From: Phoronis australis
Taxonomy: Eukaryota > Animalia > Phoronida
Direction: 5' to 3'
Assembly: GCA_002633005.1 (NCBI GenBank)
Contig: NMRA01000642.1
Location: 159,285 to 223,284 of the forward strand
DNA length: 64,000 bases
In this document: piece after piece, positions 1-12,615 of the stretch
How the letters are laid out: the number at the start of each line of letters is the position of its first letter
How positions within the stretch are numbered: the first letter of the stretch is position 1
The notes under the pieces: generated by a model
Database searches by the model: none
What the model was told of the DNA's origin: nothing
The model's input: the letters and a program-made list of their open reading frames with translations, nothing else
Translations under genes and position numbers: made by a program

Positions 1-2344
1 CGGGACAGTTTTTTGGTGGTGAAATGTAACTCTTGGAAGTGAAATACTTCAGAAATGGCGTACTTTTTAGCTTTGGATAACGCCTGAGTGTTGGCTTCCT
101 TTGAATGAAACTGTTGGAGAATGATGACTGATTTACCTGTCCTCAAATTGTGTTTACTACATGTATATCCCAGTATTCCTTCGAGGTTTTGGATACATTG
201 TTGATGTTGGAGATAATTCTCATGTTATAATCTGGCTGCCCACGGGGAACTAGGACGCAAACTCGTCGCATTGACGTCGGTATATAGGCGTATCCATCGT
301 TCAGTAATAAAGATGATGGTAAAAAAATCGGCAACAGGTTGATGTGCCTAGAAGGTAAGATATCCGTGCCACCTGTATTGTTATATCCAACAAAAGAAAG
401 CAATGGTAGCGTCCCATAGGCGGTAACCATGCGGCGCGCTTAAGCCCGTTGCATGAATCGCGCAAGTTAAAGATTGCGAAATCCATACGACATCATTTGG
501 CCTGGGCTTGTCCTTTTAATAAGTTATTCCACACTGTTGCAATGTTCGTTGTAAAACTTAAACGTGTATAAGTTATAAGATTAGTTTTCTGACCATTCTG
601 CACAGTCTATTTCTTTTATTTATTTCACAGTTAATATTGTTTTCACGGTTGATGAGATTTTGTTATCAAGTGTGTTATAGAGTGACTATGATATTCATGA
701 GCATTAGTATTTCTGCCCAGTCAAATGTTGTGTCGGTGTGAAGATTGTCTATGCTAGAGAGGCTGTAATTCCAGATATTTTTGATAATGTCGAGTTCTTT
801 AGGTGAGCAATTAACTACATGTATGTGTATAGAGTCCTCGTTTTGTTTGTTTATGCTGTTGTCAGGCTGGAGGTCTTAGGTGCTATGTTTAAATTAACAA
901 ACCTCTTCTTTCTTATTTTGTTTCACTTTGAAGGATGACCATCTGAGCGATGCTTATCCAACAACAGTCTCCAAATACTTGACTTTTGAACTACAGGAGC
1001 GCAATTATAGAGTCAGAAGTAATAATACGATATAGATACATGTACATGTATGAACAAAATGTGGACGGAAATTTCAGGGTCACTGAAAATTGTATAAGAT
1101 GGTAGTCTCAGAAAACTATACAGTTGTGACGAAACATTCGTCATGCACTTCTTTGGGAACCAACACAAGCCGTAATAATAACTACACACGGTCACACTTG
1201 CTTCTCACGTTGTATACAAACCTGAAGGTCATAATGCAAGGAAATAGTTTGTTCCTAAAACTAGAAATCGAAAGAAAAAATAAATGAATATACAACACAC
1301 CTACTAAAATTTGAAAATGGTACAGAATATTTTTTGTACATATCCACAACTATACAGTGCATGGGTGCATTTGATATGAAATGAAAAGAAGTTCTCAAAT
1401 ACCAATTTTCTCTCCTACTGTGAGTGAACTTTTTTCTCCATGCTTTGCGTTTAGCTGAACAGCCCAAGGATAGGACAGGCCCGTAGCCACGAGGGGGAGG
1501 GAGGGTTCGGGGGTTCGATCGAACACCCCCTCCGAGGAAAAAGTCCAGCCCTTGCCTATCCGATGAGAATACGATAGGGTTTACTATATTGACAAAATAA
1601 ATGTTGTAACTACAGGTTCTACTAACCACAATCATAACCAAGTTAACAGTAATTTTGAATTTTCTTCTGATGTAAAGCGCTTTACATAATCATCGGGTCG
1701 TATCCGGCCCGAGTGGTGACTGCGTAGATGTTGAGTGGAGGAGGCTTTATGTTATTCATCGGCATTGAAAGAGCGTGGTCTCTACATCACAGGGTAGCGA
1801 GGAAGTCTAGAAATAAATGCCAATGCCTAGCCCAAACTTTATGGCATCGAGAGAGATCCACAAAAGTAGTGCGGTGTTAATGCCTTTTAAATCGACCAAG
1901 AAACACAACAGCAGAAAATGGGTTTGTTATTTGCTACTTTGGTGTATTTTCTAGCATTGAGCATGGATAAAGTGCAGGCATTTTCAAATTTCGAATTTAA
2001 AGTGATCGCCAAATATCTTGATCATCAAGTGACCACTTTGATTGTGGATTGGTGGATTGACATGCATGCGTGTACACGTGTGTGCGTTTCCGTTCTTTTA
2101 AATTCAGTACACAACGACAGTACACTGACTACTCTGTCGTTTTTCAAAAATCAGACATTTAGATACCCCGTTTCCTTGCGCTGAAAAATCCCCGCATGTT
2201 CACATTATTTGGCAAGTCTAGACCTAATTAAAATTGGTTAATGAAGAAAGCCTTCTCTTGTCAGTCAATGTCAATGGTAAACAGCGTCACAGATTTCATA
2301 CGAGCAACAATTTTGATGGAAAATATTTCCAAGGTTACATGTAC

Positions 2345-3176
2345 ATGACCGAAGGTTCACTTCTCCGAAGATTCGCTACCTTCAAAGGTTCACCACTCCC
2401 CGAATTCCGAAACCAGAACTGCAACATTTCATTTCTCTGATTTTCTGATAATAATTCAGAACTGAAAATGAAAAAGGTATTGTATTTGTGTCTATTTAGT
2501 AACCATTGAAAGGGTGTGCAAGAGTTGGATAGTCCGAAAAGGTTTATTTACATTGTTTACAAAAGAGTTCAGTTCCAATCACTGGCAATCTTGATTCTTG
2601 AATCCAACTAAAGACTCATTCTCAATTAGGGACGATATGTGAAGCACGGGTCCAGCGACCGTCACGGCGGTTTTAAATATAAAAAAACTGAATGAGACTT
2701 CGAGAAGGGTAGCTTACTAACTACATTTCGTTTCAATCCGGCCGTGCGAGTAGTTCTGGTGGGCGAGGTCGAAGCGCAGCGGCCTCAAACTTTTTTGTCG
2801 CGTTGTGAGATGATGCGATCTTGACTTGAAATACATATAGTTGAATGTATCGTGGTCGATAATTCAACAACCTTCCTACTTCATATTCTTTTAGAAATGC
2901 AAGTCCGTACTCATTTTTTCGCATTCGTAAGACATGCGGACAATATTTCACATACACATGGAATCCAAACAAAGTGATTTATTAGCCGGGTGTATTGTTG
3001 TCGGTATAGTTGCATCTAATAACCGATGTGTCGATTATTTTTGCATGTAAAAGTACAGCAATTACAGCTGATTCAGAAATTTTAGACATTTTCGGAGAAG
3101 TGAACTTTCGGAGTGGCGAACCTTCGAAGTGGTGAACCTTCGGAACAGTGAACCGGCGGAATAGTGGGCAGTTCCC
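2345..3176. mobile_element. Non-autonomous element with inverted arrays of ~15-bp subterminal repeats
   Basis: GAAGGTTCAC(T/C)..TCCG units at 2350-2410 are mirrored by TTCGG...GTGAACC units at 3090-3170. Confidence 0.55.
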
Positions 3177-3650
3177 ATTTCCAGCAATGTAAGCAACTTT
3201 TAACAAAAATACGATAACAAATTACATCAAGTCATTCTTCGACTTAATATTTCCATCGGAGTATGTGATGAGGTGTAATCACTCATTTAAAAATGCCCGA
3301 TTTGAAGGTTTGGCTGCACGTAACGCCCTGTGGAGAATTTCTCGCTTAAATTGGTCACCACTCAGATTCCCTTTGCCCCAGACAAATTTTATGATACCTA
3401 TTCAGCTCGCCCTTTGTATTGATGTAGATTGGAGCTAATGAAGTCGAAAAGTAGTAGCTAGCACTAATGTCTCAAGAATGATGGTTGTTAGTACACCCAA
3501 ATTAGTGTCCTCTGGTATTTGCACAAAGTTACAGCCTGCGACCGTAGAGAGTAGTTTTAACTTGGTACATTTTGAATATTACAAAATGACTAAAAAATTT
3601 TTATTGATGTTTATCTTGATCATAGACAGCTTCCAAAAAGAACGATGGTT

Positions 3651-4203
3651 TTAAATGTTTCATACTGGTTTATGTTATTTTATTTTAGTACTTTTTATCA
3701 GGAACGGGTTGATATTTTTTTATTTTATTTTTAAACTTGGAGTACGAGAAACAGTAGTAGTTTTGATAACCAGCAAAACTTAATTAGTTTACTTAATTGT
3801 GAACCCATCCCTGAACTTTCCAGATTGCAGGTACACTAAACATTTCACAGCGGACAAAACCACACGTGTTAATAGTTCAAGTTTAAAATCTTTATTAAAA
3901 CTCAAATCAAGAAACGTATACAAAAGTGAAAATGGTGACAGCCAAACTGAAGATTTGGAATCTCTGGACGATTTTGTTTGTACTAACTATATAACTAATT
4001 TCGCTTTTTGTCAGCCATAAAAGTATAGAGTGGACACAAGTTAAATACAGCAGCTTCCTAGTCAAAAATCTGGTTAAACGAGATTGAAAGAATATTAAAA
4101 GAATAATCCATGTGATATATTGATAACTCTGAACAGCGTTTGTAAATACCCTGATTGTATCGATACGCACACTCGTTTATCTTCAATCTTGCCCAATGTT
4201 TCT
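3651..4203 (+). repeat. ~550-bp dispersed direct repeat, copy 1
   Basis: Collinear with 7747-8294 (ttaaatgtttcatac...tcttcaatctt.cccaatg). The spurious ORFs 3907-4170 and 8034-8261 are paralogous for this reason. Confidence 0.92.
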
Positions 4204-4632
4204 ACAGTACAGCCACTGAATTTTTAGACTTCGTCCGGGTTCCCTCACGCCTGGCCAGACGGGAGCGCAACCGGAACGCACACATGACAGAAATCAGTCA
4301 CGGTCGCCTCACGCCTACTCTCCGGGTAGTCCTCACGCTTACCTCCGGTTTAGTTCACGCTTTCCTCAGGCTTTCTTCACGCCTTCGGTACCTGTGGTAA
4401 CTATGGTATGGCACCGGGCTAATCAATAAAAATACATGTAACGTCTTGATTGCCTGTCGTTTCGGACAAGTTGCAAAGACATTATAGTATATTATAGAGT
4501 ATCTTTGCAAGCAGTCATCTCTCTCATTTGGGTTGCGACTAACTTTGTAATTCCACGTGTTTTTCATACAAACGTCTTCCCTCAGCTCATCTTGTGATAC
4601 GGTTACATGTACATTTTCTATTTACGACTTAA

Positions 4633-7600
4633 GAGCCAGTCCCATCAACGACATACATGTACAGTAACCACGGTTGGTAAATACGAATATACGCGACCCA
4701 ATGTCCAGAGTCGTCTTTACATGGCTGTGGACTCCTTAAAACTTGTCACAGCTGTATATGGTTAATTTGCCCTAAATATAGCCTACGCATCTTGTGAAGT
4801 ATTGTGTCACTCCGTAAATTTTTGCACCGCACTGGCGTACAGAAAATTTCAATAGGCCGCCATTCTGACATACCCATTCCTTACTGCAAGGAAATGTTTT
4901 GACTAAAATGTCCTCAATCCGTAGTGCAGTTTAATTATTTGTAGCCCCCTCCCCGTAGTACATGCGTTTCGACTGAGTTCACAGTATCCCCGGGGTAATT
5001 CTTCACCAAAATAATAATAGCAGTAATCTGTTTGACTCGTCAAATGCATGGGCACGATCGTTTTCTCCGCATGAAGCCGGAACTTGGGATCAATGTGCTC
5101 AGAATTGACATGATATGCTCCTTCATATCGTGAAGACAATTGAATATTTCCGCCATGTACAAGCGTGTTAAGATTCTTTATTAGTTTATATTAAAAACAA
5201 ATAATTATATATAAGTGAAAAGTAGAGTCCACTGGTCTGTTTTCTGAAGTGACTTAAGAGTGAAGTACGGCTCACAGCAGGCAAAAATGCCCAGAGGGGT
5301 GATAAACCCAATGTCATCGATTTGAACCATACTATGCATTTTAGTTACCTTTGGGATGATAAACAAAACAGTAAAGTCCAATCTCATTTTACCTTGTTTA
5401 AGTGGGAGAAATCAGGGAGCCTCTATTTTGGGGGTATGCCATGCAATGAACTCGCCGAAAATGCCTTATTTGCACTGCACAATAAAAAGTATCGGCGCAC
5501 GAGATCATTAATTGTTTGTAATGTTTAAATAAAGCAAGTCTTCGACTTTATAAAGATGTTAAACAATACTCATTTACTCTGCCGCTAAGTTAAAAATTTC
5601 AGGCATAAAGTATAGAGGGGTCAGAGGTTAACAAGGCATTGCAATTTCGCCAAACTTTGAGTCCGTATATCTCAGCTGGCACAACACTGATCAACACCAG
5701 ACTTTTACACAAGACGTTTCTATCTTATTGCTGTTGATNCACCAAAATGCGATTCACTTAACATCACAGGTGAACACTTTCCCAGTGGGTTCTCGTAATG
5801 TTTTCTCCATTTTGGCACTTCGGAGGATGAACGTTTTTACCTGACTTATCTCCTTCATCGAATATGTTCGTCGGAAAGTTTTTAACCTTTGCTGAAAATC
5901 TTGTTGACCTTTTACCTTTTTTCAATGCCTAACCTATTGCTTCAGCATTCGTCTCATCCAAATAGTACTCTGGGGCTGCGTCAAATGACGCTCCGGTTCT
6001 TGCATCTGAAAGCATTTCTGACCACTGTCGTGCGATGTGGTCATACGTGGTTTCCTTCTGTAAATGTTCAGTGTGGTTACCCACATCCAAATGCCGACCT
6101 AGTTCTGCGTCTGTAGCAAACAAAATTCGAGTAACCTTTCTGGATTCAAGGGAACTTTTGTTGAGGCTCTTCACTAGATACAATGCCAACCTTAAGTCTT
6201 GGTGTTGAAAATCCGCCATGTCTAGATATGTTAAAGTATTTTAGAGAAATAGGTTTCCCATTTTCTCAGTATTTGTAAGAACTTACCGTCACCTACACGG
6301 AATGCTTTCCACACGCGAATTCCTTGGGTGGAATAGTGGGAATTTAGGAATGTGCTTATACCAGGAACTGAGTAGTTTGGAAAAGACTTGCATTGACTAA
6401 ACATGCATACACATAACATCCCTTCACACGGCCACTGGAAAGTAGTGCTTCTTTCAAATCCAGAAACTTTATGATATTTTTACTTTCGGCTACAAAGTAC
6501 TTTGCATGTTGTTTGAGTGTAAGGAACTTGTGATCACAGAGATCCTTTCCACTCTGACTCTCACTAAAGTCATATCTCGAAACAGAAATGCCTGTAGAAT
6601 TTGACAAGGCTGCTACTTTCAGGAGGAGAGGAGCAGAGTAGTGACATCCGGCATTACCTGACTCTTCCATGACTGGTCCTGTTCAGTCAGAAATTCACCG
6701 ACTCTGGGTAGTACGAGTCCGTACTCTGGCAAAGGCCTTGCTTTGTGAGGTAGTTTCCTATATCTCAAATGTTCAGTGATGTCTTTGACATAACTCACTA
6801 AAGCACCAAGGTTTTGTGATTTTTTGCAGAGTAAACTCTAAAGGAACTTGAAGGCCCATCGACATCGTCCGCCATTTTGTCTTTTTAAAATGCACTTGCT
6901 TCTCTCAACACCAGTCATTACAAATATCAATTCTTACTCGTTTAATGTTAAAGGCATTTATTTCCATTTAAAATTTCTACAGAGTGTTTAAATTAAGCTG
7001 ATTATGTAAAAGAAATGAAAGAATACAAGAGGGTTACACGTACATTTTTATATATCCTCAAGCTTAACCTCAACTGATTCCCTCAGTGGGCAAAGGTCAT
7101 CGGGTTCAGTTTTGATATTAGTCGCGTAATAAACCCGAAAAACATCTTTTTTCATTTGAAAGCGTTTAGACTTGGTTTCTATAACTATTTAAAGCAGACT
7201 TCTTGTGGTCTGTAAACTCTGCTCATCATTTCCAAACTATGAAAATAGACAGTTTTGCAAGACAATTTTCACAAAAGTGCAAAGTTGAGGTAAGATTTTT
7301 TATTGCTCAGTCATCAAGACTAACTCTTAAACTACATGTATATGTTCAAAACGCCGCATAAGGCTACAAGGTGTTTTATGACAGTAAGAAGGTCACAAAA
7401 ATGGCCACTAAAATTAGCCCCAAAAAGTGTTCTGTGGATTATCTCCCCTGTCTAGCACAAAACTGTTATTTCAGCCACTAAAACATAGCTTTTGATCTAT
7501 TTTGTATGTTACTCATTTTTGTTGCTGAAAACATGCGATTTTTGAGACGGCTAATATGCCCAATTGTGCCAATTTGTGTTATCTTGCTCCAGCGGCGAAA

Positions 7601-7746
7601 TTAGGGGTCAATGAGTGCACAAAATTTGGCATTTGGGTTTTTGTTAGGGTACCTACCCATGTATAAAAAATGAAGTTGTTTTAAATGTTGACGTATAGAC
7701 TGATTTTTGAAAATCTACTGGTTTTTACATGTATATGGACTGCCTC
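4633..7746 (-). mobile_element. Decayed DNA transposon, Sola3-like
   Basis: Ends TTAA|GAGCCAGTCC and GGACTGCCTC|TTAA give a 9/10 terminal inverted repeat, GAG..CTC termini and a TTAA flank on both sides. Broken minus-strand ORFs at 5720-6670 include SGNAGCHY...RYDFSESQSGKDLCD, which is transposase-like. The superfamily call rests on the termini. Confidence 0.6.
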
Positions 7747-8294
7747 TTAAATGTTTCATACCGGTTTATGTTATTTTATTTTAGTATTTTTTTACCAGGA
7801 ACGGATTGATATATTTTTTATTTTATTTTTAAATTTGAAGTACCAGAAACAGTAGTAGATTTGATAACCAGCGAAACTTAATTAGTTTAGTTAATTGTGA
7901 AGCCATCCCTGAACTTTCCAGATTGCAGCTAAACTAAACATTTCACAGCGGACAAAACCCCATGTCATTGGTCAAGTTTAATCTTTTTTAGAACTCAAAT
8001 CAAAAATTTATACAAAAGTGTAAATGGTGATAATCAAACTGAAGATTTGGAATCTCTGGACGATTTCGGTTGCACTAACTTTATAACAAGTCTAGCTTTT
8101 TTCAGCCATAAAAATATAGAGTGGGCACAAGTTAAATACAATAGTTTCCTAGTCAAAAATCTGGTTAAACGAAATTGAAAGAATATTAAAAGAATAATCC
8201 ATGTGATGTATTGATAACTCTGATCAGCGTTTGTAAATCCCCCGATTGTATCGATACGCACACTCGTTTATCTTCAATCTTACCCAATGCTTCT
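7747..8294 (+). repeat. ~550-bp dispersed direct repeat, copy 2
   Basis: Matches 3651-4203 and starts exactly at the TTAA that closes the Sola3-like element. Confidence 0.92.
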
Positions 8295-10569
8295 AGATTT
8301 TAGCTTTTTAAGTTCATCGATTTTTAAAAATCGAAAACCTTACTTGCTTGTTTTTTTCCAGCTGAATACCGCCGTAGTATTCATTTTTAACGAAAATTAT
8401 TGATGAATGCAATTTGAAAATTCGCCATTGTGTACAGGCAGTGATGATTACGACAGCGTGTGGTCGGGTAATAACACTTAATTGGGTCTTGCGGTCAACA
8501 CAACGTATCCGACACGGGCACCGCAATTTCTTTGATCCTGTTGAAACAAGGAAGGGCGGTGAAACTTTCTGCTTTTCTTTAGAAATGGGTGACTTCTTTG
8601 TAAGGGTATTATTCACGGTATGGCGAAAACGATAGGTTATATTTAAGGATCACATTACGTCCGAATTTGATTCCTGTTGTTTGCGAGCAATCGTCACGAC
8701 ATCCTCGTTTCTGGTAATACAAATTCTGTCATATCTCAGTAACATAGAGCTGAGAGCCATCGTTGCCATGGATACAGATTTCTCTTTCCCATTATTAACC
8801 TGCGTCAAGCGCCTTACCAAGAACTCGAGTGTTTATGCTTGCAAAAGGTCCACCTTTCTAGAAATTCGAACCACCCCCGGCCCAATGCAGGCTACGGGCC
8901 TGGAAGTTCGTGTTTAAAAAATAACTTTGACAAGACCCTGCTAATATGCTAAACCTTAAAAAATTGTCCCATGTCGTCACTTGCAGTTGTTGCAAATAAC
9001 ACTGGTCAGGAATCTTACCCACATGAAATTATTCGAAAGTTTATACAAGTTTCATGAAAGCAAAAAATCAAGATAATTACATGTACAAAAAGAAAGTAGT
9101 ACTCGTTTACATTTACCTACAATACAGTGTAGTTCGTTTCTCCTCCTCATGGTATCGATCGTATTATAATTATGTTTGAGAAGCAAATGTAACATGTAAA
9201 ATTACAAGCATAGTAAGTGGGCCCAAAGGTGATTAGTGCAGTTTCCTTCCGACCTGCCGACGCATCTCATGCGGGATAGGGTTGAGTGAGGGGAAAACAA
9301 GTAATATAGTAAGCAGCCGACATAACGACACACCTCAGAGGTGACAAGTTTGCGTTAGGGGATATTTAAGAATATGTTAGCAGTCATTTTCATCACGCTA
9401 GTCATTGCAACTAATCAGTGTAATTAATACATGGTGAGGGTATACTCATATTCGATCTAATCGATGTTTGATGCAGTAACATTACGATTTGCTAGCAAAA
9501 TAAACAAACCTCCGGCATTAGATACGCAAACTGTCATGTTTGGCTTCCAGGATTGTAACAGTTATATTATCAATCTTATTCTCGTTCTTGCAAAGTACCA
9601 TATTCACTTATGTCGCTATAAATAGCGTCTATCCGTTTTCAGCAATTAAAGGCAGAAGTGGCAAATTATTTCAAAATTAAAAAGAAATATCCATTGCCAG
9701 AACACCCCAAAATTTTAGACCGATGGGGAGCTATTATCACAATAAAATTTCACAACTATATTTGAGATATGAAAATAAACGTATTAAAAAGAATTGCTAT
9801 ACTTAGTAGTCTCAAATTATTCAATAATACACATAAGTTACAATAATAAATACAGTAATGGGTTCAATATATAAAAATATGTACACTATCTGGATAACAC
9901 CAAAACTTAAAAACTTATTTCCGCGGAAATACAGCTGTAACTCACCTTGTTCAATGGAATTATTTCAGGATCGCTCTTTGAAGGATTGGAACCCATCGGG
10001 AATCACGCTCGTTTTCACTAAAGTATGTTTACGTGCTGCCCGTAAGCAAGGAGCAATGGCACTGTGCATAACAAAGTAAAGTAGTAGTTAATGTGTTATT
10101 TATGTACACCGCTGCTACGTACTGCTGTTTGTCTGTCGCTTAGTACATCTGGCCGTGGCAGAAATGCATACGGGACTTAAGCCCCATGTCTAGCCTCGTT
10201 GTGGGTGAATTGAAAACCTGGTACATGTAGCTAACGCTGCCTATAGGCGACAATTCCGGGTTCATTGGAAGAGTAATCTGAAACCGCTGCCAAAGATTTC
10301 GATGAGCTACATGTATGTGAGACCGGTCATACAGTTCATGTGATTTTTTTCACGGCTCTTACATTTTGTTCGTGCATAATGTTGAGGGTACATGTAAGTC
10401 AAGTGTTGTCAACATAAGTCATCGATTTTCTTGGAAAACGACTCACGAGTCACATCCTCGGCTCAGCGGGTTGAATTCTCAGTGCTGCTGGTTTTTTTCG
10501 TCGGCTAAGTGCAGTCTCATTAATTTTGCAGATTTTAAATTATTTTTAACTTCATTAAAAAAAAAAACA

Positions 10570-11719
10570 GTGCAGGTGGTCTGATGTCATTTGCGGTGCA
10601 TCAGACGTGCGCAGGCCTCATGGTTGGGCCCATTGCACAAAACACCTGAGCAAAGGCACGAGACCCCAATTATGGCTCCTCGTGAAGAAAGTTTTCAAGT
10701 CTGCCAGTCTCCTTTAGGAAAACGGACAGACGTTTCCATTTGTTGCCATGCACTATATGTTGTAGGCATGTAACAATGCCATCCAGTAGGTTGCTCCTTA
10801 GCCTATAAAAAGCTGGGCAAGACTCTACCAGGTGTTTAGGAGATTCTACGTCAGTACCACACTCGGGACACACAGGGCTCCTCATATGCCCAGTAATGTG
10901 TCTGTGTCGGGCTAGGTTGCAGTGGCCCGTCAAAATTTGAATGACGTGTCTTATACCCAATCTATCTAGACTCAGAAGGCTTTTTGAACCTTTTGGTTCG
11001 ATCACGTTGGGAAAATTCTCCTTGGTTTCTCGGCAGGAGTTAAGTGATGCCCACTGGGCTGCTGACTGGGTATGTACCCAGTTGCGTATACTCATCCTGC
11101 AACATCCGTAAGATACCGGGATAGCAGGTTCAGGCACAAAATGCAGAACGCTTGCTCCTATCTTTGCGAGTCTGTCTGCATTCTCATTGCCATCAATTCC
11201 CACATGGGCCCTGACCCAGCGTATATTGACGGTTCTTTCAATTGCAAGCTTGTTAAGCTCATTAATACAAGCATTAACACAACGAGAGTTGACCCTTAGT
11301 TTCTTTAGGGCTTTTATTGCTGCCTGGCTATCTGAAAAGATGATAATTGGCCGATTGCCAAGTTCAGTGTTATATTGTTGTGCCAATTGAGCAGCTCTAT
11401 TAATTGCAGTGATCTCAGCCTGAAACACCGTGGCAAGATTGCCCAACGATACCCAGTTTTCTGCATCTGCAACAGGAAGGCTTGGAAAGTAGACCCCAGC
11501 ACCTGTCTGGCCATTTTCCAGTTTAGAGCCGTCCGTATAACAAACCACCTCATTCTTGTGTTCTGCGGTAGGCCATCCATCGCCAATTTCCGTGAAGAAA
11601 TTGTTTGTATGATTTAAAGTTGTGACCTGGACATCACTAGGCATGTTCCATAGTTGCCCAGTCTTGGCCATTAGCTTATTGCAAACATTCCTTTGGCTTC
11701 CGTGTGCAACGGATTACAA
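10570..11719 (-). mobile_element. 5'-truncated non-LTR retrotransposon (LOA/R1/I group): RNase H, C-terminal Cys/His knuckle and 3' UTR
   Basis: ORF 10670-11671 carries YTDGSK, VFQAEI, FSDSQAA and WVRAHVGIDGNENADRLAK (RNase HI catalytic motifs), then LTGH and CPECG...ESPKHLVESC. No RT domain is present. Confidence 0.92.
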
Positions 11720-12615
11720 TTAAATCAGTAGTTTACGGTGTCTTACACTGGCAAGGCAAATCTTTACCAGATGTTGATTCTCGGCTTCCACGCTCATTTG
11801 GGACAACATGAACATGTCGTGGCTTGTTACACTGTAGGTTGCAGTGTCCAGTAATAACCTGGATGATAGCAAGCCTACCTTAACGTAACAGTTTCTTTGA
11901 ACCTCAACGATATTAACTTGTATTGACATCTGGAATTCCTTACCATTCAAAATAAAAGAAAGCACTTCAATCGTCACTCTCAAGAATAAAAAATGCATAC
12001 CACTACTCCAGATTTGCCAGTCCCATTGACATCATTCCAACTTCCCTGCAACCATGAAATAACCCTATACAGATCAAGATGTGGTCTATTCCTAAACAAC
12101 GAGAAATTTAGACATAATTTTAATAATATTTTGCCTCTGTGTTCCTGTGGAAATACCAAGACATATCCTCATGTTTTCTTTGCTTGTGAAGTATGCAAGG
12201 AGGAGAGGGTACAGCTCTTCCAGGCACTCGAACAATACCCCAATGTTTATAAAAGTATTCTGAAATTCCGCAATTGTACAACAAAATTAATTTCTTTCTA
12301 TATGGATGTCAAGAACTTAACTCAAACGAAAATAAGGTTTTATTTGAAATAGTATCAGAATTTCTTTATAACATTAAATCTCTCTGTGTGAGTGGATAGA
12401 CTTTTATTAATATGTATGAAAATGAATTATTTTCATTCGTTGTCACATATCATTGTATTCTTAACATCAGTTTTTTATTTTTTATGTATTCGTATATAAT
12501 AATTGTATATAGACTTTTTCGTATTTTTTTACCCAGATCTAATGCCTCTTGGCGCTTTCTGTGTTATGTATATCCATTGAAATCTGAAGATTTCGAAATA
12601 AACATTAAAAAAATT
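11720..12615 (+). mobile_element. Decayed 3' end of a CR1/L2-type LINE
   Basis: ORF 11993-12352 reads LYRSRCGL..LN...PLCSCGN..TYPHVFFAC, a LINE ORF2 C-terminal motif. An AT-rich UTR ends in AATAAACATTAAAAAAA at about 12597-12613. Confidence 0.7.

Noticed and set aside
1-600. Possible Penelope RT remnant on the minus strand (LRPSSPWAARL / MRIISNIN)
   Set aside because: Too degraded to support without a search.
1476-8902. 13-bp inverted pair CAGGCCCGTAGCC / GGCTACGGGCCTG as one 7.4-kb hAT-like element
   Set aside because: No matching target-site duplication. They may be ends of separate MITE copies.
10670-11671. Cellular RNase H1 gene
   Set aside because: Intronless, lacks the hybrid-binding domain, and carries a LINE-type C-terminal Cys/His motif. 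Retrotransposon-derived.
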